A stretch of DNA of 32,000 nt from Propionibacteriaceae bacterium (lineage in GTDB: Bacteria > Actinomycetota > Actinomycetes > Propionibacteriales > Propionibacteriaceae). Made by a program: the position numbers and the translations under genes. The notes beneath the pieces were generated by a model that had not been told where the DNA came from, did no database searches, and was given only the letters and a program-made list of their open reading frames with translations. Shown piece by piece: positions 30,058-32,000 of this stretch; the stretch's first letter is position 1, and every line of letters starts with the position of its first letter. The stretch is from assembly GCA_031256725.1 (NCBI GenBank), contig JAIRQE010000025.1:60001-92000 (forward strand), written 5' to 3'.

Positions 30058-31791
30058 TTAGGCGGCTAGTTCTTCCTCAGCTTTGGTGAGTTCCTCGTGT
30101 TCCAGTTCGGTGTACGCGATCTTGCCGACTCTTGTTGTGGGAAGCTCGGTACGGAACTCGATCTCACGCGGTACTGCCCACTTGATGAGGTGCTTCTTGC
30201 AATAGGTGATCAGCTCTTGACGGATGTCATCATTGCCGGTCGTACCGTCTCCAAGGAGTACAAACCCCTTGAGTGAGGACATTTGGTACTCATCGGGGAG
30301 GCCGATCACGCAGGCGCGGTTCACCAACGGATGGGATTCAAGAACCTGTTCAACCTGGAGCGGATAGACCGAGACTCCAGAGACTTTGATGAGTCTCTTC
30401 ATCCGACCCATGAAGTAGAAGTAGCCATCCTCATCCATCTTGCCGATGTCGCCGGTATGGAGCCAGGTTTGACCATCAGCATGGACACGCAGGGTCGAGG
30501 CGGTGGCCTCAGGATCCTTGAGGTACCCCTTCATGACGGTCACCCCTGATACGCAGATCTCACCCTCGGTACCAATGGGAAGTTCCACGCCAGTATCCGT
30601 GTCGGCAATCTTCAGAGTGAGCCCAGGGATCGGGATACCCATGGATTCGTTGCGATAGGCATTCCGTGGTGACAGGGCACATGCGGTGACACACTCGGTC
30701 AGGCCATACCCCTCCAGGAGTTCAACCTTGCTGCCCTGAGCGGCGATGGCCTCATCGAAGCGTTTCTTAAGATCGGGGCTCAACATATCGCCACCACAGT
30801 AGGCACCCTTGAGACAATCCAGTGGTGCCTTGCGGAACTTCGCATTACCGAGCAGTGCCTGGAAGAGGGTTGGTACCCCAGCTATAAACGATGGTTGATG
30901 TTTGAGAACATTCTTCGTGTAAATGTCTGCAGAGAACTCAGGTACCAAGATGAAGTGTGCGCCGACACACAAGGCTGTGTGGATGCACAATCCCAAGCCA
31001 AACCCATGGAAGGCAGGCAGGATCGCCAAGACGGAGTCATTATGTGTGATGCCGGAGATGTACCCCATGGAGACACCCAAAGAATTGAAGTTTGCGGACG
31101 AGAGTTCGATGCCTTTGGGGAGGTTGGTGGTACCTCCGCTGAAGAGGACAACGCAGGCATCATTGGGCTCAATCGGGCGGGAGTACACTTCTTTGCCCAA
31201 GGTCTCCAAAGCGCTGGTCCCCACGGCAAGAAAGTCTTTCCAGTTGATGATCAACGGATCATTTGAGGGTACTGAGGGGATCTTGCGACCCTTGGTGACA
31301 GCAAAACCAACCTTCATCGGGCGACTGAGGTAATCCGAGAAACGCGCGATGACAACCTTCTCTAGACCCGTTTCCTCAGCCAGGTCACGGAAAACCGGGT
31401 AGAACATGTCAACGGTGACTGCCCACTTCGACTCAGTCTGAGTGATGTAGTGTTTCAGTTCTTCAGGGGATGACAAGGGATGTGTCATCGCTGCTGTTGC
31501 GCCGATCTTGTTGAGGGCATAGAAGCCAATAACTACGTTTGGCACATTGGGTAGGGAGAGTACGACCGAATCCCCAGTTTGGATCCCATGGGCCATAAAA
31601 GCTGCTGCGCATTTGTCGACCTCAGCCTTGAGATCTGCATAGGTCAGGCGCTTACCCATATAGATGATGGCGGTGGTATCGGGCCATTTCTTGGCTGAAT
31701 TCACCAGCATTTCGTAAAAGGTGGTGTCGGGTGCCTGAATCTCAGCTGGCATGTCATTGTAGAGCGACAGCCAAGGCTTAACGGTTGTCAT
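30058..31791 (-). CDS. AMP-dependent acyl-CoA synthetase/ligase, long-chain fatty-acid-CoA-ligase-like.
   Basis: Adenylate-forming motifs are present: FSGGTTNLPKG, YGLTE and TGDIGKMDEDGYFYFMGRMKRLIKVSG. AGGAG lies 6 nt upstream of the ATG. Confidence 0.88.
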   Translation of the reverse strand: MTTVKPWLSLYNDMPAEIQAPDTTFYEMLVNSAKKWPDTTAIIYMGKRLTYADLKAEVDKCAAAFMAHGIQTGDSVVLSLPNVPNVVIGFYALNKIGATAAMTHPLSSPEELKHYITQTESKWAVTVDMFYPVFRDLAEETGLEKVVIARFSDYLSRPMKVGFAVTKGRKIPSVPSNDPLIINWKDFLAVGTSALETLGKEVYSRPIEPNDACVVLFSGGTTNLPKGIELSSANFNSLGVSMGYISGITHNDSVLAILPAFHGFGLGLCIHTALCVGAHFILVPEFSADIYTKNVLKHQPSFIAGVPTLFQALLGNAKFRKAPLDCLKGAYCGGDMLSPDLKKRFDEAIAAQGSKVELLEGYGLTECVTACALSPRNAYRNESMGIPIPGLTLKIADTDTGVELPIGTEGEICVSGVTVMKGYLKDPEATASTLRVHADGQTWLHTGDIGKMDEDGYFYFMGRMKRLIKVSGVSVYPLQVEQVLESHPLVNRACVIGLPDEYQMSSLKGFVLLGDGTTGNDDIRQELITYCKKHLIKWAVPREIEFRTELPTTRVGKIAYTELEHEELTKAEEELAA

Positions 31792-31875
31792 GGGACTCCT
31801 ATCGTTGAGGATAACGCAATCCCCCCCGAGATGGCATATTAAATATCGTAATTATGAAATTGTCGAGCGAGGGCT

Positions 31876-32000
31876 CTAGAGATCCTCAAGGAGTGAAGGA
31901 TCTCCAATGTACTTCTCCAGCAATTCCAGTGCACGAGCATCGTAGAACCCATCCGCGATTCGCTCATCTAGGGCGATCCGTAGATCCACTGTGCGACGTA
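31876..32000 (-). CDS. Partial ORF (3' end) of an unidentified gene running in from the right window edge.
   Basis: A minus-strand frame is open from the window edge to the TAG at 31876-31878. It translates to ...RRTVDLRIALDERIADGFYDARALELLEKYIGDPSLLEDL*. The track does not list it because no start codon lies inside the window, and I cannot assign a family. Confidence 0.35.
   Translation of the reverse strand, partial: RRTVDLRIALDERIADGFYDARALELLEKYIGDPSLLEDL

Noticed and set aside
31821-31827. A C7 homopolymer (G7 on the coding strand) in the acyl-CoA synthetase leader, considered as a phase-variation tract.
   Set aside because: The tract is short and lies outside both the coding sequence and the promoter spacer as far as I can place them. 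Tracts of this length are unremarkable at this GC content.
381-31830. Recurrence of CCCGAG in several of the odd regions (381, 431, 781, 5142, 16054, 31825).
   Set aside because: A 6-mer is expected more than ten times by chance in 64 kb of two-strand sequence. Only the 18-nt block shared by the two palindromic elements is significant.
1-32000. I looked for tRNA, rRNA, IS or transposase genes, integrase, phage genes, toxin-antitoxin pairs and known defence-system genes.
   Set aside because: None could be recognised from the translated ORFs or the sequence. No T-loop-like GTTCGAATC motif is present, and there are no DDE, tyrosine-recombinase or nuclease/ATPase signatures outside the genes already assigned.

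Overview
The window looks like a chromosomal segment from a moderately GC-rich Gram-positive actinobacterium. This is inferred from gene content and style; there is no rRNA or tRNA here to confirm it.

Gene order, left to right:
- An unresolved left end of about 820 bp. It holds a frame open to the window edge, two 15-bp direct repeats, a small cationic ORF and a 111-nt multi-helix palindrome.
- A MauE/DoxX-type membrane protein with a CGC motif (-).
- Two tandem paralogous CPBP/Abi intramembrane protease homologues (+). The second carries a proline-dominated tail of about 370 aa.
- Convergent dhaK-dhaL and dhaM (-). DhaM is fused to a complete Enzyme I, and an intrinsic terminator sits between dhaL and dhaM.
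- A divergent sugar ABC importer: lipoprotein binding protein plus MalF-like and MalG-like permeases, with no ATPase.
- A TIGR03960-type radical-SAM gene and its TIGR03936-type partner, overlapping by 8 nt.
- A single 11,664-nt ORF encoding a 3,887-aa surface adhesin. It has a signal peptide, a beta-helix-like head, roughly 25-30 Ig-like modules and a C-terminal sorting-signal-like anchor.
- ychF, a NUDIX hydrolase, an acyl-CoA synthetase (-), and a partial ORF at the right edge.

I saw no transposase, integrase, CRISPR array, tRNA or rRNA.

Best candidates for a second look:
1. A structured palindromic element of about 105-112 nt, present twice (5107-5211 and 16019-16130) plus a solo arm at 9409-9436. 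Its stems covary while its internal loops are conserved.
2. The giant adhesin: a duplicated ~885-aa super-repeat, about 20 regularly placed cysteine pairs (including C-x3-5-C inter-domain knuckles) and a non-canonical VVPTG sorting motif.
3. The tandem CPBP pair next to the MauE-like gene and a small cationic ORF.
4. The 111-nt perfect-stem structure at 701-811.

All functional assignments rest on motif recognition by eye. No database search was run.
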